Assembly: GCA_964016885.1 (NCBI GenBank)
Contig: OZ024751.1
Location: 26,970,001-27,034,000, forward strand
From: Eledone cirrhosa
Taxonomy: Eukaryota
DNA: 64,000 nucleotides
Direction: 5' to 3'
Both the position numbers and the translations under genes were made by a program. Of this stretch, positions 1 to 13,539 are shown piece after piece. Under the pieces are notes generated by a model. The model did not search any database, was not told where the DNA came from, and saw only the letters and a program-made list of their open reading frames with translations. Position 1 is the stretch's first letter, and every line of letters begins with the position of its first letter.

Positions 1-622
1 TCAATGGCCATCCAAAATCACCATGAGAGATGACCCCTTAGCCTTTGTCAAGGCAGAATTCTAGGAGAAGGAAAACTCTGATATAACACCTGCAACCCTG
101 ATGGTATCCAATGATGTTGACTTGTTCTTCTTTTTGGTAAATATCATCTTGGTTAAGAGAGTGGGACTGGCTTTGTGCAGTGCCTTTGCTCACTATAAAA
201 TCTACACGGCACAGGCATTGCTTTATATCTGGAGATCTCTCTGCACTTGTCGTCACTCGAAAACGAGTTGGCTGCCACCATGTATATACGTACATATGAA
301 TGTATATATGTGTGTGTGTATGTATGTATATACATATGTATGTTTGTGTGTATGTATGTGTGTATGTATATACGTATACGTACATATGTATATAAGTATG
401 TACATACATATGTATGTAAATATGTATATATGTATAGTAAATGCTCCAGAGACATTTTCAGGATGTTAAAGGTAGCCTGAAGACTGTTGGTATTAATGCC
501 AAGGATTGGGAAGACGAGACAGAGTCTAAATGAAGGAGGCTGATGTAGGATGGTTGTGATCACTTTGATGTCAAAACGATTGAGTATTCAGTGTTTAAAA
601 GATCAGGGAAGGTGATTTAGAC

Positions 623-1343
623 CAGGGGTTCTCAACCTGGTCCATGTGGACAACTAGTGGTCCACATGAAAATTCAGGTGCTCCACAGAAAATTTTCAAT
701 AGAAAATTCTTTTTTGATCCATGCATTTGACTTAAAGTGCTGTTATTAAATAATAATAATAATAATGAAATTATTGTGTAAAGTGCTCAGGTGCACTATA
801 ACTCGTCAAAGGTGTATGTATAGTACATAGAATAATACACAAATGTCAGGGAAGTACATGTGTGTATGTGTTAGCTGTAGTGTTGGCGGATCTCGGGAAG
901 CATGGAGGCCTTAAAAGATGCAGTGTCTCGACAGCTAACAACTGATGCAGGTAGTTTGTTCCATGGAGGCCTTAAAGGATGCAGTGTCTCGACAACTAAT
1001 AACTGATGCAGGTAGTTTGTTCCATGCTTCAGCAACTCTGAGCGTGAAAAAATGTTTCCGAAAGTCATGGGAACTGTGCTGTTTTCTTACTTTGTGGGCA
1101 TGTCCACGTGTGTTAGACACATGGAAATTATTCTTTGCATAAGTACGACTTGAGCTGTTTATTTGCGTAGATTTTTAGGCACTGCGACATGATAATAGCA
1201 TTTTCTAATTCATTGAAAAAAAAACATCTACTGATGCTTATAAGTAGCAGTTCTATTACAAAAGATTTAAAAGTTTAGGTGGTCCACAGGAAAAAATTAC
1301 TTATTTTGGTGGTCCACAGCGAAAAAAAGGTTGAGAACCCCTG
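623..1343. mobile_element. Non-autonomous hAT (Charlie-like) MITE
   Basis: 15-bp perfect TIRs CAGGGGTTCTCAACC/GGTTGAGAACCCCTG; 8-bp TSD ATTTAGAC at 615-622 and 1344-1351. Confidence 0.9.
748..1125 (-). mobile_element. 5'-truncated CR1/L2-clade LINE 3' end nested in the hAT MITE
   Basis: TRGHAHKV...RKHFFTLRVAEAWNKLPASV..FK ORF2 C-terminal motif; (ATT)n tail; internal 61-bp tandem duplication (901-1022). Confidence 0.8.
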
Positions 1344-1440
1344 ATTTAGACTCTCTCAAGGGGGATATCTAGTCAGAGAATGTCTGTAATGTCTGTGGAA
1401 AGGTTATTTTTTTCTCATTCTGGGCTTGCTAGTCATTTAA

Positions 1441-1648
1441 CCCTTTAGCATTTAAACTGGTTGTACCCAGATAGAATTCTCTCACCTCTTTCTGTTCAAA
1501 CTGGCAGTAACTGGTTACTCATACTGATGTTAAGGTATTGTACTCAAAATAAATAATATAAAAATCTCATAGATTCGATATTATGTAAGGTAAAGCCTTT
1601 ACTGAGAAAATACAATAGTATATATAGGGTAATGTAAATGCTGAAGGG
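1441..1648. mobile_element. piggyBac-type MITE
   Basis: TTAA|CCCTTTAGCATTTA...TAAATGCTGAAGGG|TTAA; second copy at 63566. Confidence 0.8.
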
Positions 1649-1816
1649 TTAAGAGCTCACACCAATCAGCAGTTGGGGTCCAACTATGTTGATGTCCTCC
1701 CTGAGAAGCCAGCAAGGTATTGATGTCAGTTTTCCAACAAAGTTTGTGGGCCTACTCCTGGACTCAAGCAGCAAATATGAGTGCATAAGGAGCAAGTTCC
1801 ATTGAAGACCATCGAG

Positions 1817-2044
1817 AGGTGTTGTGTGTGTTACATCTGCAGAAGGGTGTTATGTCTGTCACATCTGCAGAAGGGTGTTATGTCTGTCACATCTGCAGAA
1901 GGGTGTTATGTGTGTTACATCTGCAGAAGGGTGTTATGTGTGTCACATCTGCAGAAGGGTGTTATGTCTGTCACATCTGCAGAAGGGTGTTATGTCTGTC
2001 ACATCTGCAGAAGGGTGTTATGTGTGTCACATCTGCAGAAGGGT
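1817..2044. repeat. 28-bp minisatellite, ~8 copies
   Basis: tcacatctgcagaagggtgttatgtctg. Confidence 0.95.
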
Positions 2045-2339
2045 AATACAGGAACAAGGGTTGCAGAGTTATTCACAGACTGACGGCCATTCAGCGGAAC
2101 ATTGAAGGAATCACACTGTGGAGAAGTCGCAGTTATTGTGTGTCTGTGTGTGTGTGTATGTGTGTGTGTGTGTATGTGTGTGTGTGTGTATGTGTGTCTG
2201 TGTGTGTGTGTATGTATGTGTGTATGCATGTGTGTGCATGTGTATCTGTGTGTGTGTATGTGTGTGTCTGCGTGTGTGTGTGTGTCTCTGTGTGTGTGTC
2301 TCTGTGTGTGTCTCTGTGTGTGTGTCTGTGTGTGCGTGC

Positions 2340-2434
<95 letters not shown>

Positions 2435-2653
2435 TATGTGTGTGTATATGTGTGCGTGTGTGAGCAATATATTTTTACAACTGTTGAGTCAGTTATGAAT
2501 CTTCAATGTATGTTAACTTAGAGTTAACAGGTTTTTCGTGTTTTTCGTCTAAGAAATTGTATATAAGAAGAAGAGTTGAGATGAGGGTGGAGAGAATGAG
2601 GAGTAGGGTGGAGTGAGGGTGGGAGGTAGGGTGGATGAGAATGTGAGACTTAC

Positions 2654-2692
2654 CATGAGGTCACCCATGTTACCATGTTGTTGAATCAAGGT
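2654..2692 (-). CDS. PCLO: Probable 39-nt micro-exon (phase 0-0): [13 protein letters not shown], likely the start of the C2A domain
   Basis: Strong acceptor tttctcttgttcttcctgcag|A and donor ATG|gtaagt; phase fits the previous exon; GDLM parallels the GEIQ that opens Piccolo C2A. Confidence 0.65.
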
Positions 2693-3162
2693 CTGCAGGA
2701 AGAACAAGAGAAACACTATAACAGAGTTCATGAAGAAACTATTTATTTGCCAATATCATGTGGTCAAAGAGGGTTAATATATATATATACATACATGCAC
2801 ACATACATACATATATATACATATATATATACATATATACATGCATGCACACATACATACATATATATATATACATATATATATATATACATACATACAT
2901 ATACATATATACATGCATACACACATATATATATATACATATATATATATATACATACATACATATACATATATACATGCATACATACATATATATATAT
3001 ACATACGTATACATATATATATATATATATATATATGTATACATATATATATATATGTATATATATGTATATAACAATGCATAAATACATACATATATAC
3101 ATATTCATACATACATATATATACATATATATATATACATATATATACATATATATACATAC

Positions 3163-3195
<33 letters not shown>

Positions 3196-3279
3196 CAAAC
3201 ATACATACATACATATATATACATATATACATACATATATATATACATATATACATACATACATATATATACATATATA

Positions 3280-3331
<52 letters not shown>

Positions 3332-3666
3332 CACACACACACATATATATATATATGTATATGTACATACACACACATATATATATATGTGTGGTGTATG
3401 TAACAATATCCGTAGATGTGAAAAGGAGAAAGGAAAACAGCGCTGAATCTTGAAGAGTGCAAAATATCAAATTATTTATTTTCATACCCCGCACAAAGAT
3501 GCTACCCCCAGGTTTCAAATGTGACCATCCCTCCAGAAAACAACGGGCATCAAAATAGTCTCCTTTCTCTTATATCTCTATCTTTCTCTTTCCAACCTTA
3601 CATAATACAATACACTTTCTATACTATTATTCTCAATACATTAATAATATTACTGTCTCTATATTA

Positions 3667-4042
3667 TATACCACCACATAATACTTCTGTTATAGTATAC
3701 CACCACATAATACTTCTGTTATAGTATACCACCACATAATACTTCTGTTATAGTATACCACCGCATAATACTTCTGTTATAGTATACCACCGCATAATAC
3801 TTCTGTTATAGTATACCACCACATAATACTTCTGTTATAGTATACCACACACTATATTATATACCACCACATAATATTTCTGTTATAGTATACCAACACA
3901 TAATACTTCTGTTATAGTATACCACCACATAATACTTCTGTTATAGTATACCAACACTATATTATATATTATATTATATAACATAATACTTCTGTTATAG
4001 TATACCAACACATAATACTCCTGTTATAGTATACCAACACAT
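3667..4042. repeat. 29-bp minisatellite
   Basis: tataccaccacataatacttctgttatag. Confidence 0.95.
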
Positions 4043-4241
4043 ATACGTGGTTGATCTCAAAATTCAAATTTACATCTTGCAGACGTTTTTTTCGTAAACA
4101 TGCATTCTTAGCAAAATTTACTTTTAACAGTATCTTATAAACTCGTATAAGAGCCTTAAGAAGGGTCACTATTTGTTTTCTGGAGGTCTGGTCAAATTTG
4201 GGCTTGAAAACTTGGGTAGTGCCTTTGTTCCATGTATGAAT

Positions 4242-4441
4242 NNNNNNNNNNNNNNNNNNNNNNNNNNNNNNNNNNNNNNNNNNNNNNNNNNNNNNNNNNN
4301 NNNNNNNNNNNNNNNNNNNNNNNNNNNNNNNNNNNNNNNNNNNNNNNNNNNNNNNNNNNNNNNNNNNNNNNNNNNNNNNNNNNNNNNNNNNNNNNNNNNN
4401 NNNNNNNNNNNNNNNNNNNNNNNNNNNNNNNNNNNNNNNNN
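4242..4441. other. Assembly gap (200 N)
   Basis: Run of N. Confidence 1.
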
Positions 4442-4580
4442 ATTAGTCGTCTCTTTGGTCTCAACACTGCAGACTCTCTCTCTCTCTCTTCCCCCCCCCC
4501 CCCTCTCTCTCTATATATATATACTGCATAATAATCAACAAGTGGTGAAAGAGCTCCATATCAGTAGAAGAGCTTTATAA

Positions 4581-4821
4581 TTACATAATAACAATATTAC
4601 ATAACATTATGTAGGCTACCGTCAGGTTTTATACCGAATCAGATCATTTTAATGGATATAATATATGTCTGCAACATGCTTAGAACTTCTAAGGTCTTCA
4701 TGTTTACACATAGCTGGGTAAATTGTAATTTAGGCAGGTAATATCTCAAATATAATTATCTGTTCTGTTAGGAAACTGGATGATAGCCTACATAATGTTG
4801 TATAACAACATTATTATGTAA
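4581..4821. repeat. Diverged inverted termini (~50 bp)
   Basis: ttacataataa..aacattatgtaggcta / tagcctacataatgtt..ttattatgtaa. Confidence 0.45.
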
Positions 4822-4831
4822 TGATATAACA

Positions 4832-4879
<48 letters not shown>

Positions 4880-6591
4880 TTATGCAGTTATGGGCTCACT
4901 CTAAGGGGAAATGAAGCAAAGCAGTGGAAATGTGAAAATATGAAAACACACTCAATACGATAATAGAAGTAGAAGAGGATAATATTCATTGAGAGCTGAG
5001 TTTTTCATGGCTTGCTACCCCAAGTTTGTTGTTATAGATCCTCAAGCAATTAATATCTATATTGATGGGCTGCTGATTAGGATAGATATTTTGTTGCATG
5101 AGGATCAGTAAAGGGAAACTCTGAGTAATGACTCACTAAGACTTAGCTTTGAATAGGAATACACACACACACATATATATATGTGTGTGTGTGTTGGTAG
5201 AGATTCTATTCTATGTATCAAATGCTGACTATGGGTGTAGAAGATATGTTCCAGGATCTTTCACAGACTAACAAAGAATGTAGAAATTCTATGTAGCAGG
5301 TTCACAGAAGGAGTAAGCAACAATAGTTTATATGAATGAGATTCTACCAAATGCTGTGAGAGCTCCATAGAAATAGTTGACAGTTTCTGTTACTTGGGTG
5401 ACTAAATTTCCATTAAAGTAAAGAGTAGATTGTAAGATGTGTGTGAATGGCAATGCTGCATGGAAGCAAGGCATGGGCTCTGTGTGTAGATTAATGCAAA
5501 GAAATGAGACATGCTCCTGTTGTTTTGTACTCAGAGAAAGACTAAGCTTCAAAGAACTAGGGGAGAAACTGGGCATAAAAGGGGTCAGATGTGACATGCA
5601 AGTGAGGAAACTGTGATGGTATAGGCATGTAATGCATATGAAGGATGACAGCTGCGTGGTGCTAAAAGCTGATTTTATGCAATTAAACTTATGAAGTTGA
5701 TTGGTGACATGCCAAACTAAAGAAGACCCACTTTGTCATGTGTACAAGATGGAATAAACATGGACAGGGTGGTCATTAAGAAGTGGGACAACACTAAGGC
5801 CAGTTTACATTGATCTCCCTTGTCCTCCATCTTATCCCTTCACCCACCCACTTCCTCAACCTTCACCTTCTGTATCCAACTATTTACAGCATGAAAAAGC
5901 AGCACTCTCCCCACCTACTGAAGCTCAACCCATACCAACACACAAGGACAAATGCACACAAATGTGTGTGTGTGGTTGAAAAGTAAAGTGATAAACAACA
6001 CAGCTAAACAATACAGTACAATGTAGATATACATTGTTTTAATGTTTGATATAATAGGAAAAGAGTCTTAACATGTTGGACATATATACATCTGCAGTGT
6101 GGCATGAAAAAAATATAGATGTAAATGGAGTGTTCCAGCTAGTGCAAAGCTGGTAATGGCCCCAATCAAGATATGAAATGCAGGACCCCAAAGCTAGTTA
6201 AAGACCCAAGGCCAATATAAAATATAGGCTTCCAAAGCTAGTTACAAGCCCAGGTAAAATGTAAAATACCCCCTCCCCTCACATTTGGTAATGATTCAAA
6301 CAAGATTTGAAATATAGATCTGATTTCAAATTATACATTAAGTATTTTAGTAATTAGGGCTAAATATATATGGTTAATGTAGGGTCACAAGTATGGGTTA
6401 CATGTGGTGTACTAACTGTCCTAGGAATGTGGCATATTTAAGGGACAGTAGCTTCACACATGGGACATAGTTTTCAAAACAAAATCTTAGAAATTGAAAA
6501 CAAAACATCTATATCATTGTTAATTTATTATTCCAAAAATGTTAACATACTTAAGTACTATGATAATGTGCTTTAAGGTATGAAATTGTGA

Positions 6592-6654
<63 letters not shown>

Positions 6655-6691
6655 ATTAAATAAATGGAAACTATATTTATAAAACCATATT

Positions 6692-6757
6692 TATTTCATT
6701 ATATATATTTCAGGGATATCATATTAACAATATGCTATGCCTTCCTCAGACAAAATA
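6692..6757 (-). ncRNA. Type I hammerhead ribozyme, intact core
   Basis: TATTTTGT-CTGAGGA-AGGCATAGCATATT(GTT)AATATGATATCCCT-GAAA-TATATA-TA^-ATGAAATA. Confidence 0.75.
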
Positions 6758-6901
6758 CAATATAAACAGTTTTATAGATAAATAGATTCGACATACCGTA
6801 ACATCTACTTGCATTTGAGAAGGTTGATTTGGTAGTGACAAAATTGTACACAAAGAGTAACCCAAACACAAAGAGTAACCCAACAATTTAAATATAACTT
6901 T

Positions 6902-6977
<76 letters not shown>

Positions 6978-6983
<6 letters not shown>

Positions 6984-7332
6984 AAAGGATAACAAGGACG
7001 ATTGGCTACTCCTTCATGGGTGACGCGTGTTTCGCCACTGATCAGCTCAAGGTTTTATCTGTATCGATCCTACCTGACTCTATAATCGCCAGGTCGACGG
7101 ACCCTGCCGATTACAGAGTCGGGTAAGATCGATACAGATCGAACCTTGAGCTGATCAGTGGCAAAACGCGCGTCACCTACCAATAAATGTAATGAAGGAG
7201 TAACCAATCATCCTTGTTATCGTCCTTTCAATATATTACACTCTGTATAGCTCTACACCTCAACACAGAAGTGAACCTAAACCTTGAGTGCTCACCCAGG
7301 TGAACCTGCAGTAACTCCAAGTTACACTCCCT

Positions 7333-7334
<2 letters not shown>
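6978..7334 (+). mobile_element. Fold-back Penelope-like pLTR fragment with tail, in (TA)n
   Basis: Inverted arms ~6978-7092 and ~7103-7234, then a ~100-nt unique tail; (TA)n on both sides. Confidence 0.6.
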
Positions 7335-7371
<37 letters not shown>

Positions 7372-8354
7372 TTATTAGGTGGTGGGTAAGTTGTAGTTAC
7401 TATTAGCGATGCTGGTCGAAGGACTCGATGCTGTTATTACGTCCATCTCTCCAGGGTTTGTGCTCCAGGTTTAAGGGGGCTGTATTTAGCAGAGTGTATA
7501 TAAGGTGACAATAGGAATTGCAGCTTTTTGTAAACTTTATTACATATGTAATAAAGTATACAAAAAGCTGCAATTCTTATTGTCACCTTATATATATATG
7601 TATATATATATGCATATATATATATGGCGATGATGATGATAATGATGAATATATATATATATATATATACATATACACACATAATGGGCTTTTGCAATTT
7701 TTATCTACCAAACTCCAGCGATAAGGCACAGGTCAAACTGTGGCTAGGCTATAGTATAAAACACTTGCTTAAGGTGCCACACAGAAGGCCAGAAACATAA
7801 GTTTGTGAAGTAAACTCCTTCACCACATAGCCATGCCTCCATCTATGTTATTTTCTCCAAAGTTTTTCCTTAGCTCTACTCCAGCTTCCCAAACAAGTCT
7901 CCAATTTCCATATTTTAGATTTCCTCTTCTACCAGCTTCAGTTTCATATAATATCTTCCAAATCACTGAGAAATTTAATTAGCCAAGGTCAAATATTGCG
8001 TTTCAACATTTCCTTTTATTTCATCATCAGTTATTCAATTACATATACATGAATATATATATATTATATATTTATATATAGCCTTATATTAACATATGTT
8101 TGCTCAAAGATGTGTATGAACATATAATAATACACACACACACATATAGCTCTATATACAAAACTGGTTTTGTTCCATTTCAGATAGACGCTCTCCATCA
8201 TCTACTTTTCTAAAAAAGTATATCATACACAAAACTCCAGCACCAACACTTTTCCAAGAGATGTCAACATGAATGGACCTGTTATTTTTCCCTAAAAACA
8301 TTTTTTCTGATTCTACCCTGCCCATCCCTTCAATCTTTCTAATTTCTCATTCTT

Positions 8355-8390
8355 TCTTCTGATGAAGGACTAGAGTCCCAAACGTTAAGA
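8355..8390 (+). ncRNA. Degenerate minimal hammerhead
   Basis: TCTT-CTGATGA-A-GGAC(TAGA)GTCC-CAAA-CG-TT-AAGA; G of GAAA lost. Confidence 0.5.
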
Positions 8391-8510
8391 CCCTCTTTCT
8401 GCGATTTCAAGTGTTAACCTAATATATCCCTTCTATATACTGTACCGATTGTGTTGTTATTTCTATTTACCTTTTACACACACACACAGACACATGTATA
8501 TATATATATA

Positions 8511-8823
8511 GAAAAAAAGATGAAATCGAAAATGCAACTGGAGTCTTATTTTTAAAAAAATATATATATTTATTTGGTTCCTTTACCGGTTTCGTAGTTC
8601 TTCTGCTTTTCAAAAGTAGAATTGAGATGGAGGGTCTGTGGTTTTTCTCACATCTGATGTGAAAAGCAGAAGAACTGCGAAACCAGTAAAGGAACCAAAT
8701 AAATATATATATTTTTTTTTTAAATAAGACTCCAGTTGCATTTTCGATTTCATCTTTTTTTCTTTATACTTTCACTCGTGTAGGACACCTCGGTTATTTT
8801 TCATTTTGTAAAAAAAACCTCAC

Positions 8824-8830
<7 letters not shown>
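8511..8830 (+). mobile_element. Fold-back Penelope-like pLTR fragment with tail, in (TA)n
   Basis: Arms 8511-8612 and 8660-8762 nearly identical; tail follows; variant hammerhead in arms. Confidence 0.6.
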
Positions 8831-8874
<44 letters not shown>

Positions 8875-9499
8875 ATACTACCTCCTCTTTTCAGAAAAAA
8901 TTCCCAACACTATATTCTTTCATAAGTTCTTCATAATGGTAAAAAAAATAGAAGAGAAAGAAGGAGTTAGAAGCAGGTTTCTTATAGCGGAAGATACTGG
9001 CAAGTTGGAGTTGTAAACCCAATATACCAGGATTTACAAACAGTGCACAAGAGTCCCTTATTTTATCAGCGTTTTGACAACAGCTTGCTTTAGATTAGAT
9101 TAGTTAATGCCATGGCTTTATATATATATATATGTGTATATATATATATATATACATACATTTATATATATACATACATTTATATACATACATTTATATA
9201 TATATATACATACATTTATATATATATATATATATACATACATTTATATATAGATATATATATATACATACATTTATATATATATATACATACATTTATA
9301 TACATACATTTATATACATACATTTATATACATACATATACATACATTTATATATATATATATATATACATACATTTATATATATATATATATATATACA
9401 TACATTTATATATATATATACATACATTTATATACATACATTTATATACATACATTTATATACATACATATACATACATTTATATATATATATACATAC

Positions 9500-9540
<41 letters not shown>

Positions 9541-9595
9541 CATTTATATACATACATTTATATATATATATATATACATACATGTATATACATAC

Positions 9596-9642
<47 letters not shown>

Positions 9643-9663
9643 CATTTATATATATATACATAC

Positions 9664-9694
<31 letters not shown>

Positions 9695-11268
9695 GATATA
9701 TACACATACATTTAAATATACATATATACATATATATACATAAATGTATGTATGTATCATCATCATCATTTTACATCTGCCTTTCCTTGCTTGCAAGGGT
9801 GGGACATATATATCATAAATGTATGTATGTGTGTGTAATGTACCCATAGTTTGTCGATGTTTAATACAGTGTGTAGGTGTTGACTGGATATATAGATATA
9901 GTGTGTCATGGCTTACTAGCTCTATACGGTCGTTTAAATTGATTAAATAAATAAATAAATGTAGATATGTAATAAGGTGGGATTATATAGATATATAGTG
10001 AAGTGGTGTGACTATATATATAGTGAGGTGGTGTGACTATATTTATAGTGAAGTGGTGTGACTATATATACAGGCATTAATTTTGCTAAGATGTTGAACA
10101 TGTTAACCCATCTTCATTGTTTGAGATATCTAAGTTGTCTCCCCTTTCTTGGCTGCCTTGATCTAATGTTTTCTTCTCTCTGCAATGTTCTTGCTTGTAT
10201 TGATTTAACTAATTACTAATTGTTTCCTACACCAAACGAAGATATCCTTCAGTCATAATGAATGTGTTATAAATAAAGGTATTTTTTACCATTTAGTTAA
10301 GGGGTGAAGGGCAGATCATATATCTATTTATTTTATCAGGATCTCTGAGACTTGTTGGGATAAAGAAGTTACATTCAAACTGGAGAACTGGCCTGACTGT
10401 TTACCACAAAATTAATCTTTTTAAAGTCCCCTCAATGTGGCAATGTTAAACTGAACGATGGATTAACTCTATTATTCAAGAACTCAAAAGCTGGGAAACA
10501 ACACTGCATCTGATGCTCTAATGATTCTATGAAACCACTACTAGGACCTGATGCTTTATTTTCTAAACTCTTGAAAGGATGAAAGACAAAGTTGGCCTTA
10601 GCAGAATTTGAACACCGTTTGCAAAAAGCCAGAATAAATACTATCAGCATCTCGTCCTCTACCAATTCTGCCAATCCACAGACTTGCACTGGTACTTACC
10701 TTTCACCACCTGACTACAACAGCATTAAAAGTGGAGGCATATGGTCTAATGGTAAGGGTGTTGGACTTATGATCATAATGTTGAGGGTTCAATTCCTTGG
10801 TTACATATTGTGTTCTTGAGCAAAACACTTTATTTCACTTTGCTCCAGTATACTCAGCTGAAGATGAGTACCAGCAATAGCTGGGAGTCTAACCCTGAGA
10901 TGGACATGCGTCATGTCCAGTGGGGAGTCTTGTACCCTCAGTCGATTCAAGCCATGAAACTGGGATAAGCACCAGCCTAATGGGCCTTCTGGCTTAAGAC
11001 AGACTTTAGACTAGACTTTTAGACCTGAAAGGATGACAAAGTTGACTACAGCAGCATTTGAACTGAGAATCTAGACTTAACATCTCATCCAACACTTTAA
11101 CAATTGCACCAATCCCCCCACCCTGGACTAGTGCTTTATTGAGCTGAAATGATGGAAGGCAATGTTGAGGACTGTGGAAGGTTGACTGGGGAAGAGACAG
11201 ACACAAGAAACAACACAAGTGAAATGGTATCAAGGTTACAAAGAAATGCAGCATTGATCGAGTCTTAC

Positions 11269-11495
11269 CTTGTCTATGACATGTCTTTGTCGATCTGACG
11301 AAGTGGAAATGGTTAAATCAGAGTGCGGTGTGCTACAAGCAGAGGTAGACATGCTTGGGGTGAGAAAGTAGTCCTGGTGTGAAGAACTGGAAGGTGAATC
11401 CCCTGGGGATGTATGACCTGGATCCCGGATTCCCTCTAATTGTGCTGCTAGCTGTTCAGGATCTACACCATGTTGGTTGGCTTCCATGCAACGAT
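11269..11495 (-). CDS. PCLO: Piccolo-like exon (227 nt, phase 1-0): DRCMEANQHGVDPEQLAAQLEGIRDPGHTSPGDSPSSS...RHVIDK
   Basis: Acceptor ttttattttgttag|AT, donor AAG|gtaaga; GVDPEQLAAQL resembles the Piccolo post-PDZ GVDPKQLAAEL motif (recalled). Confidence 0.88.
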
Positions 11496-11612
11496 CTAAC
11501 AAAATAAAACATACACTTTTTATAATGGATTCTCATAAATCCCAAAATATTTGCATTAAAATGCATAGACACACACATACATACATGCACACACACACAC
11601 ACACACACACAT

Positions 11613-11705
<93 letters not shown>

Positions 11706-11735
11706 CATATATATATATATAAACATACATATATA

Positions 11736-12170
11736 CATGGTGGCTGCCAATTCGTTTTTGAGTACGGCCACTACTTTATATCCATGTAGGAGAACCCCTA
11801 CCAATGTGCTGAACGAGTGTGACTTTTTAGTCCACCCAGCGACTTGAAAACTCTGGTACAAACATTACACTTGTGACAATTATTGACACATAGTGCTGGG
11901 CCCATGGTACCATGTGACGACAAGTGCAGAGAGATCTCCAGATATAAAGCAATGCCTGTGCCGTGAAGCTTTTATAGTGAGCAAAGGCACTGCACAAAGC
12001 CAGTCCCACTCTCTTAACCAAGATGATATTTACCAAAATGAAGAACAAGTCAACATCATTGGATACCATCAGGGTTGCAGGTGTTATATCAGAGTTTTCC
12101 TTCTCCTAGAATTCTGCCTTGACAAAGGCTAAGGGGTCATCTCTCCCGGTGATTTTGGATGGCCATTGAC
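11736..12170 (+). repeat. Unclassified ~435-bp dispersed repeat inserted in (TACA)/(TA) microsatellites
   Basis: Near-identical copy at 50876-51313 (+), internally deleted copy at 1-281 (-), diverged piece at ~14500-14720; adjoining 12168-12345 recurs at 14906-15055. Confidence 0.75.
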
Positions 12171-12436
12171 TCTTAAGAGCTCCTTTGCCCTTTGACAGGT
12201 TTTGTTTTTAGTCCTGCAGGATGTCCAAAGTCACCCTCCTCACCAAGAAACCTTGGTGGGGTTGCCAGTTTAGTCGCCAATGATCCGACCAAGAAACAGG
12301 TTGTACTGGGATACATGTTACCAGTAGCACCAGCTGGTGACCTGACATACATATATACATACAAACATACATGCATACATACATACATACATACATACAC
12401 ACACACATACATACATATACATACATATATATATAT

Positions 12437-12471
<35 letters not shown>

Positions 12472-12629
12472 TACATACACACATACATACAAACATACAT
12501 ACACACATACATACATATATATAAACATACATATATACATACAAACATATATACATACAAACATATATACATACAAACATACATACATACACACATACAT
12601 ACACATATACATATATATACATATATATA

Positions 12630-12665
<36 letters not shown>

Positions 12666-13040
12666 TACATACAAACACACATACACACACACATACATAT
12701 ATACATATATACATATATACATACATACAAACATACATACTGATATACATACACACATACATACAGACACACACGTTTCTCTATATTTCTCTTTAAATTG
12801 ACTCTGACATGGCAGTCGGTGACATTTGTTTTTGTCCTACTTAAACAATAAGTCCTGCAGCTTAGCTGTCAAAGGTGTGGAACTTAAAACCATGTAAAGA
12901 TTGGATGAGGAAGGGCATACAGTCTCATTCAACCCAAGGAGAAGTGAACATAAAAATGATGATGACAATAATAATGGGTGTGGACGTTGTTGTAAAGTTA
13001 GCAACGTGTGAGAAACATTGCATGTAGTATTTACAGAGAA

Positions 13041-13347
13041 CCCTATCTGTGGGCCCAACAGTGCTGTAAGTTAACTGGGAACACAACAAGCCTTATCTGT
13101 GGGCCCAACAGTGCTGTAAGTTAACTGGGAACACAACAAGCCTTATCTGTGGGCCCAACATTGCTATCAGTTTAACCGGGAACACAACAAGCCTTATCTG
13201 TGGGCCCAACAGTGCTGTAAGTTAACTGGGAACACAACAAGCCTTATCTGTGGGCCCAACACTGCTATCAGTTAACTGGGAACACAACAGGCCCTATCTG
13301 TGGGCCCAACACTGCTATCAGTTAACTGGGAACACAACAGGCCCTAT
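13041..13347. repeat. 50-bp minisatellite, 6 copies
   Basis: ccttatctgtgggcccaacagtgctgtaagttaactgggaacacaacaag. Confidence 0.95.
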
Positions 13348-13539
13348 GGGAGCACATTAATGTCATTTCTATTTGACTCTGATGCCATTTCATTTACAAT
13401 TAGGGAGCTTTTCATTGATTCGATAATGTTTCTGTTGACATCAGAGAGCCTGTTAAGAAGTTCAGAGAAGTGTTCTACCCAACAGTTCTGAATGGAGACA
13501 GTATCCATACATACACACATACATACATATATATATACA

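Noticed and set aside
1781-2105. CxxC-repeat ORFs resembling zinc fingers
   Set aside because: Product of a 28-bp minisatellite open in several frames
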